A stretch of DNA of 64,000 nucleotides from a bacterium (GTDB lineage Bacteria; Planctomycetota; JAFGQW01), in assembly GCA_030426805.1 (NCBI GenBank), contig JAUHXU010000003.1, positions 665,488 to 729,487 of the forward strand, given 5' to 3'. Positions 18,552-28,359 of the stretch are shown here, piece after piece. The position numbers and the translations under genes were made by a program. The notes beneath the pieces are model-generated. The model was given only the letters and a program-made list of their open reading frames with translations. It did not search any database and was not told the DNA's origin. Each line of letters starts with the position of its first letter. Positions within the stretch are counted from its first letter, which is position 1.

Positions 18552-19295
18552 ATGCACCGAGAACCACATCTTCTCCCGAGCGACGCGATGGGTCGCAAGC
18601 TCTACCTGTGGCAGTACGGCCACTTCGGCCCGCCGCTGCTCGTCTTCCCGTCGGCGTCGGGCATGGCGCACGAGTGGGAGTCCCACGGGATGATCGAGGC
18701 GCTCGCGCCGCTGATCGACCGCGGACGGCTCAAGGTCTACTGCGTCGAATCCAACGTGTCGGAAGCGTGGACCCGGCGCGAAACCGATCCCGCGTGGCGC
18801 ATTCAACGCCACCTCACCTACGAGCGGTTCGTCATCGACGAACTCGTGCCGGCGATCCGTCGCGACTGCCGTACGCCCGACATCCCGATCGCGGTGACCG
18901 GCTGCAGCCTCGGTGCGCTCTACTCCGCCAACGTCGCACTGAAGCACCCGGAGATCTTCCGCTACGCACTCTGCCTGAGCGGCCGCTACGACATCACCGA
19001 GTTCACCGGCGGCCACGACGGCGTCGACTTCTACTACAACAACCCGATCGCGTTCGTCCCGCAGCTCGACGGCCCGGCCCTCGACCGCGTTCGCCACAAC
19101 ACGCACCTCACGCTCGTGTGTGGCCGCGGCAAGTGGGAGGACGGCAACTGGCAGGAAGCGCAGCGCTTCGCCGGCATCCTCGACGCCAAGGGCATTCCCC
19201 ACTACCTCGACCTGTGGGGCACCGAGGTCGCGCACGAGTGGGTCTGGTGGCGACGCCAAGCGGCGATGCACCTGACGCAACGCTTCGGCCGGTAG
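18552..19295 (+). CDS. Esterase-family alpha/beta hydrolase
   Basis: Nucleophile elbow GCSLG, with the putative-esterase family pattern LWQYGHFGPPLLVFPSASG. An alternative ATG lies at 18588. It is on the opposite strand to its flanking genes. Confidence 0.65.
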   Translation: MHREPHLLPSDAMGRKLYLWQYGHFGPPLLVFPSASGMAHEWESHGMIEALAPLIDRGRLKVYCVESNVSEAWTRRETDPAWRIQRHLTYERFVIDELVPAIRRDCRTPDIPIAVTGCSLGALYSANVALKHPEIFRYALCLSGRYDITEFTGGHDGVDFYYNNPIAFVPQLDGPALDRVRHNTHLTLVCGRGKWEDGNWQEAQRFAGILDAKGIPHYLDLWGTEVAHEWVWWRRQAAMHLTQRFGR

Positions 19296-19304
19296 CCTAC
19301 GCGC

Positions 19305-20762
19305 TCAGCGGATCCACGAGAGGCGCTTGAGCAGCGGGCTTCCGAAGAGCGACCGCCCGCCGCTCACCGCGAGCAGCACCTGCGCGGTCGCGACCGCAAT
19401 GCACGCCTTGATCACCGCGAGGCCGAGTGAGGGCTCCGGCGCCCACACCGTGACCGCGAGCGCGAGCACGAGCGTCCCGACGTAGATCGCGACGAATCGC
19501 CCGACGTCCCAGCGGACGAGGTTCACGCGGCAGGAGATCAGGCCCAACACCGTCGTCTGCGCGACCTGGCTGAGCAGCGCGACGAGCGCTGCGCCGACGA
19601 TGCCGTAGCGCGGAATCACCAGCACGTTGACGGCCGCGCCGACGAGCACGCTGGACACGCCGGTCACCGAGATCCAGCGCGCGGTGGTCGTCGAGTAGAG
19701 CAGCTCGCGGCTGAAGATCGACTGGATGCCGAGCGCGGCGAACGAGAACGCCAGCGGCAACACGACGATCGCCGCCTCAGCGTAGCCCGGGCCGGCGAGC
19801 AGCGCGACCGCTTCTCGCGCGAACAGCGACACGACGAGCGCGAGCGTACAGTGCACCGACACGAGCAGCCCGGCGACCGAGCGCATCTCCTCGATCCGCG
19901 CCGGCTCCGACGAACGGATCGCCTCGATGAAGACCGGAAACAGCGCGCGATTCACGCACGCCACCGCGACCTGCACGAGCGCCGCCAACTGGAACCCGAT
20001 GCTGTAGACACCCGCGGCGGTCAAGCCGACGAAGTGATTCAGGAAGACGCGATCGAGCACGCCCTTGACGCCCATCGCGATGCTCTGCGGCGCCATCACG
20101 CGCCCGAACGCGAACGCGCGAGCGAGCAGCGCGCGATCGATCGTCCACGCGATGTCGTGGCGCAGCGCGACGACGACCACCACCGACGTCGCCGCGAGCG
20201 CGAGCGCCTGAGCGAGCAGCGCGCCGGCCGCGCCGAGTTCGGCGCCGACGACGAGCGCGACCGCGAGCCCGACCTTCAGCACGAAACTCGTCAGGCTGAC
20301 GATGCTGTAGCGCACCGAGCGGTGCGTCGCTTGGAGGTAGCAGAGGAACGTGTCGTACGCCGGCGCGAGCGCGACCGTCACGAGACCGATCGCGACGAGC
20401 GGGTAGAACGGCACGTCGCCGAGGAACGGCCCGAGCACCCACGGGCCGACGAGTGCGAGCAACGCCGCTGACGAGACCGAGACGAGCGCGAGCACCGAGA
20501 TGACCGTGCCGAGCAGCCGCTTGCGCGCGACCTCGTCGTCCTTCACCTCGGGGTAGAGTCGGACGAGTGCGGTGTCGAGCCCCATCGAGCAGAGCACCGC
20601 GAGGATCACGCCGACCGCCGACACGACCGCCAGTGCGCCGTAGTCGTCCGGCACGAGACAGCGCGTGTAGAGCGGCAGCAGGATGACGCCGAGCCCCTTT
20701 TGCAGGAGCGTCGCCGCGGTGTAGACCGCGGAGTGGAGCCCGACGTGGCGGATCGGGGTCAC
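19305..20762 (-). CDS. Polysaccharide biosynthesis protein / oligosaccharide flippase (Wzx, MOP superfamily)
   Basis: About 485 aa polytopic membrane protein. The N-terminus IRHVGLHSAVYTAATLLQKGLGVILLPLYTRCLVPDDYG is typical of Wzx. GTG start at 20762 with a GAGG RBS. Confidence 0.8.
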   Translation of the reverse strand: MTPIRHVGLHSAVYTAATLLQKGLGVILLPLYTRCLVPDDYGALAVVSAVGVILAVLCSMGLDTALVRLYPEVKDDEVARKRLLGTVISVLALVSVSSAALLALVGPWVLGPFLGDVPFYPLVAIGLVTVALAPAYDTFLCYLQATHRSVRYSIVSLTSFVLKVGLAVALVVGAELGAAGALLAQALALAATSVVVVVALRHDIAWTIDRALLARAFAFGRVMAPQSIAMGVKGVLDRVFLNHFVGLTAAGVYSIGFQLAALVQVAVACVNRALFPVFIEAIRSSEPARIEEMRSVAGLLVSVHCTLALVVSLFAREAVALLAGPGYAEAAIVVLPLAFSFAALGIQSIFSRELLYSTTTARWISVTGVSSVLVGAAVNVLVIPRYGIVGAALVALLSQVAQTTVLGLISCRVNLVRWDVGRFVAIYVGTLVLALAVTVWAPEPSLGLAVIKACIAVATAQVLLAVSGGRSLFGSPLLKRLSWIR

Positions 20763-20769
20763 GATCGCC

Positions 20770-21978
20770 TCACGTCGCCGAGACCGCCTCGGGGGTCTCG
20801 ATCGGCACACGGCTGCGACGCCCGTTCCGGCGCGCGCGGATCAACAGGTCGCCGACCTCACGCACACATCCCTGCCCGCCCGCGTGTTCGCACACGTAGT
20901 GCGCCGCCCGGCGAACCTGCTCCACGGCGTCGTGCGGGCACGCGGCGAAGCCGACCGCGGTCATCACTGCCAGATCGTCGACGTCGTCGCCGATATAGCA
21001 GCACTGCGACAGCTCGATCCCCTCGGATTGGCAGATCGCCTCGACGATGCTCTTCTTGTCGCGCACACCCTGGTGCACGTGGTCGGCACCGACGACGTCC
21101 GCGTGCCGCGACACGAGTTCGGTGATCTCCCCGGTGACGATCCCGGTCCGAAATCCAGCGGCACGCAACCGGCTGAACGCGAGGCCGTCACGCGAGTGGA
21201 ATCGCCGCAACTCGTCGCCGTGCTCGCTGTGGTAGACGCCCCCGCCGGTCATCACGCCGTCGACGTCGGTCAGGACGATCCGGATGCTGCGCGACGCGAG
21301 ATCGGGGCCGATCACGTGGCGACGCATCAGGACCTCGATCACGTCCCAGTCGTCGGGCTCGCCGACCTCGATCGCGTTGTACGGCGCCATCTCGTGCACG
21401 ACGACGCGACCCGGCAACCGGTGTCCCGCTTCACGCAGCGCTCCGACGCGCGTGATGCAGAACGCACCGTTCTCCATCAGCTGCCCGTCCAGCTCCCGGC
21501 GCCGCGGCCGGGATGCGGGATCGTAGTTCTTCGCGGTGCCGTCGGCGTTCCAGAGGAAGCGCCGGATGCGAACCGCGGTCACGAGCGAATCCGCGTCGGA
21601 CGCCCAGAACCGCTCGAGCCCGGCGACGAAGTCGCGGCGCCGCGTGAGCGGAGCCGCCGCACGCACGAGCAGAAACGTCGTGTCGTCGTCCAGCGGCTCG
21701 CGCGCGAGCACGTCGTGGATCGCGTCCTCCGCGGTCGCACCGTCGGCCGCGGTCGCGGGATCCCGATCGAACAGCTCGACCTTGCGCAACCGGAAGCCCT
21801 GCACCTCGCGACGGATTCGCGGACATTCGGTCGAGACGACGATCCGTTCGACGAGCCCCACCCGCTCGAGCGCGCGCAGCGACCAGTAGATCAACGGCCG
21901 GCCGCAGATCGGCTCGAGCATGCTCCCGTGCATCGGGCTGCCACGCGCCGGCGTCGGAACGAACGCGACGACACTCAT
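20770..21978 (-). CDS. Bifunctional sugar-acid cytidylyltransferase (NeuA/KdsB-like) fused to a HAD-IIIA KdsC-like phosphatase
   Basis: N-terminus MSVVAFVPTPARGSPMHGSMLEPICGRPLIYWSLRALE...IVVSTE is a nucleotidyltransferase. The C-terminus IVLTDVDGVMTGGGVYHSEHGDELRRFHSRDGLAFSRLRAAGFRTGIVTGE...CYIGDDVDDLAVM is a YrbI/KdsC-type HAD domain. ATG at 21978 with a GGAGAC RBS. Confidence 0.75.
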   Translation of the reverse strand: MSVVAFVPTPARGSPMHGSMLEPICGRPLIYWSLRALERVGLVERIVVSTECPRIRREVQGFRLRKVELFDRDPATAADGATAEDAIHDVLAREPLDDDTTFLLVRAAAPLTRRRDFVAGLERFWASDADSLVTAVRIRRFLWNADGTAKNYDPASRPRRRELDGQLMENGAFCITRVGALREAGHRLPGRVVVHEMAPYNAIEVGEPDDWDVIEVLMRRHVIGPDLASRSIRIVLTDVDGVMTGGGVYHSEHGDELRRFHSRDGLAFSRLRAAGFRTGIVTGEITELVSRHADVVGADHVHQGVRDKKSIVEAICQSEGIELSQCCYIGDDVDDLAVMTAVGFAACPHDAVEQVRRAAHYVCEHAGGQGCVREVGDLLIRARRNGRRSRVPIETPEAVSAT

Positions 21979-22078
21979 CAGTAGGTCTCCACTCCGGGCT
22001 CGGCCGTGATCGGCCCGCGGTCGTCGTCTTGTTTCGACCGGATGTCCTACCGAACTGAACCCCAAGGCTGCCGGCGGG

Positions 22079-22999
22079 TTACTCGCGGCCGTGGGCGATC
22101 GCGACCGCGGGTTCCTCCGGGGCGACGGCGTCGTAGCCGAGCTGCCGCATCGCAGCCGATCCGCCCACCGATTCCGCGAATGCGACCAGCCGCGGATCCG
22201 ACCGCCACGCGAACGCGCGGGTCGCATCCACGCCGTCGCACAGGCGATCGACCACCGCAGGCGCCGGATCGACCCCGACGAAGGACGCGAGTGCCTCGAC
22301 ACCGCGGCGCGGCTCGGCGAGGAGCGCTTCGTAGCCGACGGTGAACAGTCGATCACCCGGGATCGCGTCGAGGTTGCGCACCGCGAACGCCGCGTATTCC
22401 TCCCACAGCGCGAACGCAGCGTCGAGCGACCGGAAGCGAACCGAGTCCGCGATCCGCGCGCCGACACGCGCGACCCGCTCCGGCAGGCGCCCGTGCTCGG
22501 CGAGCCGGCGGCGCGTCGCCTCCAGCTGGCGCTCCATCCGGGTGACGAGGCTGTGTGCGACGTCGACGCCGTGACGATGCACGAACACGACGCGCGCCTC
22601 GGGGAAGAGGTCGAGCCACAGCGGGAGCGTCAGCGTCGCGCGCGGGTCCTTGAACCCCCACGGCTCGGTCATCCGCGCGAGTCCGCGACAGCGCATGTAG
22701 CGCGCGAGGCCCAGGTAGCGAACCGCACGCGGTGACGTGACGAAACCGCGGAGCGCGTCGACCGCAATGCCGCGCACCGCCGGGACGTCGAGCAACTCGG
22801 CCGCGAGCGCCGGGCGATCCCAGCTCGCACCCACCTGCTCGAGCAACCACTCGTTGAGCCGCAGGAAGAAGAGGGCCTCGTGGTTGATCTCCTTGCGCGC
22901 ACCGAGGAACACGCCGAACGCATCGAGTGCGCGCGTGACCATGCTCGTGCCGCTGCGGTGCATGCCCACGACGATGATCGGAGGGTTCGCCGCGTTCAT
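22079..22999 (-). CDS. Sulfotransferase
   Basis: 5'-PSB motif IIVVGMHRSGTSMV. ATG at 22999 overlaps the stop of the upstream GT4 gene (ATGA). Confidence 0.75.
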   Translation of the reverse strand: MNAANPPIIVVGMHRSGTSMVTRALDAFGVFLGARKEINHEALFFLRLNEWLLEQVGASWDRPALAAELLDVPAVRGIAVDALRGFVTSPRAVRYLGLARYMRCRGLARMTEPWGFKDPRATLTLPLWLDLFPEARVVFVHRHGVDVAHSLVTRMERQLEATRRRLAEHGRLPERVARVGARIADSVRFRSLDAAFALWEEYAAFAVRNLDAIPGDRLFTVGYEALLAEPRRGVEALASFVGVDPAPAVVDRLCDGVDATRAFAWRSDPRLVAFAESVGGSAAMRQLGYDAVAPEEPAVAIAHGRE

Positions 23000-24240
23000 C
23001 GATCCCCCCCGCCGAGCAGTCGCTCGAGCGCTGCGCGGCGCTGCTCGCCGATCGCGTGCCACGAGCGCTCGCGCTCGACCAGCGCGCGCCCCGCGGCGCC
23101 GATCCGGCAGCGGTCCGCGTCATCGCGCAGCCCACGCAGCGTCTCCGGGAAGTCGGCCGCATCGCGCACGAACAGGTGCACGCCGTCCCGTGCGTCGATT
23201 CCACGCGCGCCGAACGGCGTCGTCACGACCGGATGGCCGGTCGCGAGATACTCGAGCAGCTTCACGTTCGCACCGGAACCGTCGGTGACCGGGTTCACGC
23301 ACACATCGGCGGCGGCGAACCACGGCGCGAGGTCGGCGACCGGTCCGGTGACGCGCAACCGCGGGCCTGCCTCCGGTCGCGCCTCGACCGAGCCGGCGAC
23401 GACGAACAGGAAACGATCGTCGAGGCGTGCTGCCCACTCGCGCATCCGCCGCGCCGCGGCGCGATTCGGCACGTGCCAGCCGCCGGTGAAGAGCACGACG
23501 AAGCGATCGTCGACACCGAGCGCGTCGCGCGCGGCGGAACGCGCCGCGGCGCTCGGCGGGCGGAATGTGTCGAGGTCGACGCCGAGGGGCACGACGGCCG
23601 CGTCACGCGCACCGTAGCGCGCCGCGAGTTCGTCGCGGTCGGCGTCGGTGAAGCAGAACACGAGATCCGACTCGCACCACGCGCGCCGTTCGAGGTCGGC
23701 GGCCCGCCGAACGCTCGACGCCGGCGCGTCGGGCAGTCGCTCGAGCAGTGCCGCTTCGCAGTTGTGCGCGACGAGCACGCGCGTGTGCCGCGCTTCACCG
23801 AGCGGAAAGAGCCACGGGCACTCGAACTGCACGATGTCGGCCTCGTCGCACCGGCGGCGAAGCAGTCCCGAACGGCGGCGCGCGAGATGCGCCGCAGCGT
23901 CCAGGCCCGGCAAGCCGCTTCGGCCCCGGCGGAGGTAGTCCAGCCAGTTGAAGAGCGAGACGTGGCGCTCCTCGACGAGGCGGGGCTCGATCTCGCGCAC
24001 GAACGACCGGACGTGCCGGAACGCCTCGAAGCGCCGGACCCCCATCCCGAACAGGTGCACCTGCGTGCCGAGCCGCGCGAGCGCACGAGCCGGCTCCAGC
24101 ACGGCGACGTGACCGCCCGATCGGGCCGGATAGACCCCGAACGGGGACAGGATCGCGATCCGGTCGAGCGTGCGCCCCCCGGCCACGGCCCCGGCGGGAC
24201 GCGGCTCACGGACCATCGGGCGTGCGCGCGTGTTCATCAC
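22996..24240 (-). CDS. Glycosyltransferase family 4 (GT-B)
   Basis: C-terminal GT4 pattern VLFTGGWHVPNRAAARRM...VNPVTDGSGANVKLLEYLATGHPVVTT. Confidence 0.8.
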   Translation of the reverse strand: MMNTRARPMVREPRPAGAVAGGRTLDRIAILSPFGVYPARSGGHVAVLEPARALARLGTQVHLFGMGVRRFEAFRHVRSFVREIEPRLVEERHVSLFNWLDYLRRGRSGLPGLDAAAHLARRRSGLLRRRCDEADIVQFECPWLFPLGEARHTRVLVAHNCEAALLERLPDAPASSVRRAADLERRAWCESDLVFCFTDADRDELAARYGARDAAVVPLGVDLDTFRPPSAAARSAARDALGVDDRFVVLFTGGWHVPNRAAARRMREWAARLDDRFLFVVAGSVEARPEAGPRLRVTGPVADLAPWFAAADVCVNPVTDGSGANVKLLEYLATGHPVVTTPFGARGIDARDGVHLFVRDAADFPETLRGLRDDADRCRIGAAGRALVERERSWHAIGEQRRAALERLLGGGDR

Positions 24241-24378
24241 GAGTTCCTCTTCGACGCCGGCCGGCGAGGCACTGCAGCCCGAGCCACAATCCCTTTTTCG
24301 TCATGGTGTTACGTCGCCCGGACCGCCACGGCCCCCGGCCACTGCAGACGCCCGCGCCGAACTGCCGATGATGCGGCC

Positions 24379-25437
24379 ATGAGCGATACGGCCACCCGCC
24401 CCGCGCCCCCGACGGACGCCGCCCCGGTCGATCCGGCCTCCTCGGTGCTGACGATCGCGGTCCACGAACCGCCCGGCCAGCCGCTCAGCATCACCGGCTA
24501 CGCGACCGCGATCCGGCGCGAACTCGCGGGCGACCGCGTCGTGTTCGCCCCGTTCACCGGCGCCACGCCGTTGCCGGCCGCGGACGTCTACTGGGACCCG
24601 ACCGTCTCGGGCGGCAACGCGCCGACCGACGCGCTTCGACACGCACCCGGCCCGGTCGTGCTGACGGTCCACGGCGCCGCGCCGATGGCCGTGCCCGCGC
24701 GCGACTACTTCCCCACGATGCTCGACGCGATGCGCGGCCTCGTCCACAACGCGACGAACCGTCAGCGGTGGCGTCGCATCGCCGGCCACTACGCCGCAGT
24801 CATCGCGGTCTCGAACTACGCCAAGGGCGAGCTGGTCCGTTGCCTCGGCATCGCGCCGGAGTTGATCACGCCGATCCACCACGCCGCCGACCCCGAGTCG
24901 TTCCGACCGGCACCGGCCGCCGACGGCGTCGCGCCCTACCTGCTGCACGTGTCGCAGTACCAGCCGAAGAAGAACCTCGACCGCGTGCTCGCCGCCTACG
25001 ATCGCCTCGCCACACCGCGACCGCGACTCGTCGTCGTCGCGCCGGGCTTCCCCGAGCGACGGGTCCCGAATGGTGTCGAGGTCGTTCGCAACGCACTCGA
25101 CCACGGCGCGCTCGCCGGTCTCTACGCCGGTGCGATCGCGTTCGTCTTCCCCTCGCTGCACGAGACGTTCGGCATGCCGATCGTCGAGGCGATGGCGAGC
25201 GGCTGCCCTGTGATCACCGCGCGCGACACCGCGTGCGGCGAGGTCGGCGGCGACGCAGCGATGCGGGTCGACCCGCGCTCAATCGACGAGATCGCGGCCG
25301 CGATGCGCCGCCTGGTCGACGACGACGCGTGCCGCGCCCGCCTCGCCGACGCGGGACTCGAACGCGCCCGGTCGTTCTCCTGGAGCGAGTCGGCAGCGCG
25401 CCACCTCGCCGTCTTCGAACGGGTCGTCGGGCGATGA
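24379..25437 (+). CDS. Glycosyltransferase family 4
   Basis: LLHVSQYQPKKNLDRVLAAY...FVFPSLHETFGMPIVEAMASGCPVITA. It is divergent from the minus-strand cluster. Confidence 0.8.
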   Translation: MSDTATRPAPPTDAAPVDPASSVLTIAVHEPPGQPLSITGYATAIRRELAGDRVVFAPFTGATPLPAADVYWDPTVSGGNAPTDALRHAPGPVVLTVHGAAPMAVPARDYFPTMLDAMRGLVHNATNRQRWRRIAGHYAAVIAVSNYAKGELVRCLGIAPELITPIHHAADPESFRPAPAADGVAPYLLHVSQYQPKKNLDRVLAAYDRLATPRPRLVVVAPGFPERRVPNGVEVVRNALDHGALAGLYAGAIAFVFPSLHETFGMPIVEAMASGCPVITARDTACGEVGGDAAMRVDPRSIDEIAAAMRRLVDDDACRARLADAGLERARSFSWSESAARHLAVFERVVGR

Positions 25438-26423
25438 GCGCCGGCCTCGTCGCACCGGTCACCGACGCGCCGACGCCTCCCGCGGCCGATGCGCCGACGG
25501 TCAGCGTCGTGATCCCGCTCTACCAGGGCGAGCGCTGGATCCGCACCGCGATCGAGAGCGTCCTCGCGCAGCGCGGGTTCGACGACTTCGAGATCGTCGT
25601 CGTCGACGACGGATCGACGGACGCCGGCGCCGATGCCGTACGCGCGATCGCCGACGATCGAATCCGCGTGATCCGCCAGCCCAACCGGGGCATCGCGGCG
25701 GCGCGCAACGAAGGCATCGCGAAGAGCCGTGGTCGGTTCATCGCGTTCCTCGATCAGGACGATCTGTGGCAACCCGACAAGCTCGCGACCCAGATCCCGA
25801 TGTTCGCCGACGCACCCGACGTCGGGCTCGTCCACTGCCAGGCGGCGCGGGTCGATTCGCAAGGCCGGCAGATCCACTCGGGCCCACGCGTGAACCCGGA
25901 CCGGATGCGCGGGGACGTGCGCTCCGACATGCTCGTGATGAACATCGTCCCCGGCACCGCCGGCGTCGTCGTGCGCCGCGAGTGCTTCGACGCGCTCGGC
26001 GGGTTCGACGAGGCGCTGTCCGGCGCGGACGACTGGGACATGTGGTCGCGCATCGCCGGGCGATGGGCGTTTCGCTACGCCGAAGCGCCGCTCTGCTGCC
26101 TGCGCCTGCACGAGCACAACACGTCGCTCGACGTCGAGCACATGCGCACCGTGTCGGCCGCCGTGCGCGATCGGCTCTTCGCGAACCCGGACATCCGACG
26201 CGGCTTTTCGACGCGAACCCTGCGCCGCCTTCGTCGACGCAGCGATGCGCGGATTCACCACTACTGCGCGACCTGGTTGCTTCGCGCGGGGCGACGCACC
26301 GATGCGCGGCGAGAGCTCTCGGCCGCGCTGCGACTGCACCCGACCCGCCTGCGCCACATCGTGCTCTGGACCTACGCCGTGATCGGCTGGCTGCCGGGGC
26401 CACTGCGTCGCCGCCTGATCTGA
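25434..26423 (+). CDS. Glycosyltransferase family 2
   Basis: VSVVIPLYQGERWIRTAIESVLAQRGFDDFEIVVVDDGSTD...FLDQDDLW (DxD). ATGA overlap with the upstream gene. Confidence 0.85.
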   Translation: MSAGLVAPVTDAPTPPAADAPTVSVVIPLYQGERWIRTAIESVLAQRGFDDFEIVVVDDGSTDAGADAVRAIADDRIRVIRQPNRGIAAARNEGIAKSRGRFIAFLDQDDLWQPDKLATQIPMFADAPDVGLVHCQAARVDSQGRQIHSGPRVNPDRMRGDVRSDMLVMNIVPGTAGVVVRRECFDALGGFDEALSGADDWDMWSRIAGRWAFRYAEAPLCCLRLHEHNTSLDVEHMRTVSAAVRDRLFANPDIRRGFSTRTLRRLRRRSDARIHHYCATWLLRAGRRTDARRELSAALRLHPTRLRHIVLWTYAVIGWLPGPLRRRLI

Positions 26424-26435
26424 CCCATACCCGCA

Positions 26436-27446
26436 ATGAACGCCACCATGACCCCGCACTTCATCATCATCGGCGCGCAGAAGGCCGGCTCGTCGAGTCT
26501 GCAGCACTACCTGAACGCTCACCCCGACATCAGCCTGATCCGGCAGGAGGCGAACGTCCTGCAGGATCCGTTCTACTCGGAGGCCGCGGTCGACGAGTTG
26601 CTCCGCCGCTTCCCCGCCGACGCTGCCGACAAAGTCCGCGGGATCAAGCGACCGAACTACCTGAACCTGCCCGAGGTCCCGGCGCGCATCGAGCGCCACT
26701 TCCCCGACGCGAAGCTGCTCGTGACGCTGCGCGACCCGGTCGAGCGCATCGTCTCCGCCTACTTTCACTACATGCAGTACGGCGTGATCCCGGTCGTGCC
26801 GATCGAACGGGGTTTGCGCGCGATCCTGCGCGGGGACTACGACGACACCCATCCGGCGGCGATCGAAGTGCGCGAGTACGGCTTCTACGGCGCCCACCTC
26901 GCACGCTACTACGACCGCTTCCCGGCCGAACGGATCGCCGTGATCCTGTTCGCCGACCTCGTCACGGACGGGGCCGCGACGGTGCAGCGTCTCTACGAGT
27001 TCCTCGGCGTCGACCCGACGCGCGGCCCGTCGGAGGCATCGCGGGTCGTCACGAAAGGCACCTACTCGCTGCCGCGCGCCCGATTGCTCGCGCAGCGTCG
27101 CCGGTTCACGCACGACTTCGATCGCGCCCGGGGCATCGTCTCCCCGAAGCGGGTGACGACGGTCGGTCGCTACGCGGTGTCGGCGATCGACGCGGCCGAC
27201 CGGATGCTCTCACGCGTGTTCCCGAGCGACAAGCCGCGACTCGACACGGAACTCGTCGCGATGATCCGCGGGTTCTACGCCGAAGACGGACGCACACTCG
27301 AGCGCGTGCTCGGCGCGGACGCCGCCGTGAAGCTCGGATACACGACCGCAGAGCGACCGACGTCAACGCCGGTATCCCCGAGTCCTTCGAGCGCTTCGCC
27401 GGCGTTCGCCGACGACGCCAAGACGCCCCGGGCCATCTGCCGATGA
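26436..27446 (+). CDS. Sulfotransferase (heparan-sulfate-type fold)
   Basis: 5'-PSB FIIIGAQKAGSSSL and 3'-PB TLRDPVERIVSAY motifs are present. Confidence 0.8.
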   Translation: MNATMTPHFIIIGAQKAGSSSLQHYLNAHPDISLIRQEANVLQDPFYSEAAVDELLRRFPADAADKVRGIKRPNYLNLPEVPARIERHFPDAKLLVTLRDPVERIVSAYFHYMQYGVIPVVPIERGLRAILRGDYDDTHPAAIEVREYGFYGAHLARYYDRFPAERIAVILFADLVTDGAATVQRLYEFLGVDPTRGPSEASRVVTKGTYSLPRARLLAQRRRFTHDFDRARGIVSPKRVTTVGRYAVSAIDAADRMLSRVFPSDKPRLDTELVAMIRGFYAEDGRTLERVLGADAAVKLGYTTAERPTSTPVSPSPSSASPAFADDAKTPRAICR

Positions 27447-28252
27447 GCACTTCCATGAGCGAATCGATCGTTTCCACTCTGCCGCGCGCGAGCGTCGACA
27501 CGACGATCGACGTTGGACCGACCGAACGCATCGATCGGCACGACCCGGTCGGCAAGCGCGACTACCTCTCGCAGCAGCACGTCGGTCGGTATCGCTTTGC
27601 GACCGAGCGGTTGCGCGCCGGCATGCGCGTCCTCGACGCCGCGTGCGGCACCGCGTACGGCACCGAACTGCTCCTCGGTCGCGGGTGCGTCGCGATCGGC
27701 GGCGACATCGACACGGCGCAACTCACGGCAGCCAAGCGAGCACGAAGCGGCGACGACTACGTCTCGTTCGACGTGCTCGACACGCCGTTCCCCGACGCCT
27801 CCTTCGACGCGATCGTCAGTTTCGAGACGATCGAACACGTCGTGGACGGTCAGCGGTTCCTCGACGAGATGCATCGCATCCTCCGGCCCGGCGGCACGCT
27901 GATCTGTTCGACGCCGAACATCGCCTACACGTCGCACCCCGCGTATCACCTGCACGAGTATCGCCCCGAGGAGTACTACCGGCTCGTCGAAGCGCGATTC
28001 GCGTCGACGGAGCGCCACGCGCAGTACTTCACCGCGATCGACCGTCTGCAGGATCGCCTCCAGTTCATGCCGCCGACGTCGCGCACGTGGGTCCGACTCG
28101 CGCGCTATCCGCTCGAACTGTTGGGCAAGGCGTTGCGTCGGGTTCGCGGAACAGGGAGCGGCGACGGGGCGGCACGCGCCTGCTACGGCGTGGCGCCGTG
28201 CCGCGGCGACCGGCTGCTGCGAATCATGGTCACGGTGTCGACCAAGTCGTAG
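27443..28252 (+). CDS. Class I SAM-dependent methyltransferase
   Basis: VLDAACGTAYGTELL (motif I) and LRPGGTLICSTPN. ATGA overlap with the upstream sulfotransferase. Confidence 0.8.
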   Translation: MSTSMSESIVSTLPRASVDTTIDVGPTERIDRHDPVGKRDYLSQQHVGRYRFATERLRAGMRVLDAACGTAYGTELLLGRGCVAIGGDIDTAQLTAAKRARSGDDYVSFDVLDTPFPDASFDAIVSFETIEHVVDGQRFLDEMHRILRPGGTLICSTPNIAYTSHPAYHLHEYRPEEYYRLVEARFASTERHAQYFTAIDRLQDRLQFMPPTSRTWVRLARYPLELLGKALRRVRGTGSGDGAARACYGVAPCRGDRLLRIMVTVSTKS

Positions 28253-28257
28253 CCGTC

Positions 28258-28290
28258 CCGATCCGGGACCCGGATTCCCCTTTTTCGCAG
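28258..28290 (+). terminator. Hairpin (ATCCGG-gac-CCGGAT) followed by a T5 run, downstream of the GT/sulfotransferase/MTase operon
   Basis: A stem-loop at 28265-28281 is followed a few nt later by TTTTT, which is a rare T-run in this sequence. Confidence 0.35.
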
Positions 28291-28359
28291 CTTGCAACAC
28301 AACTTTCCCCGGCGGATTCCGAAGATCCAGAGGGAGGGATCGAAGCGGAGGAGCAGGGG

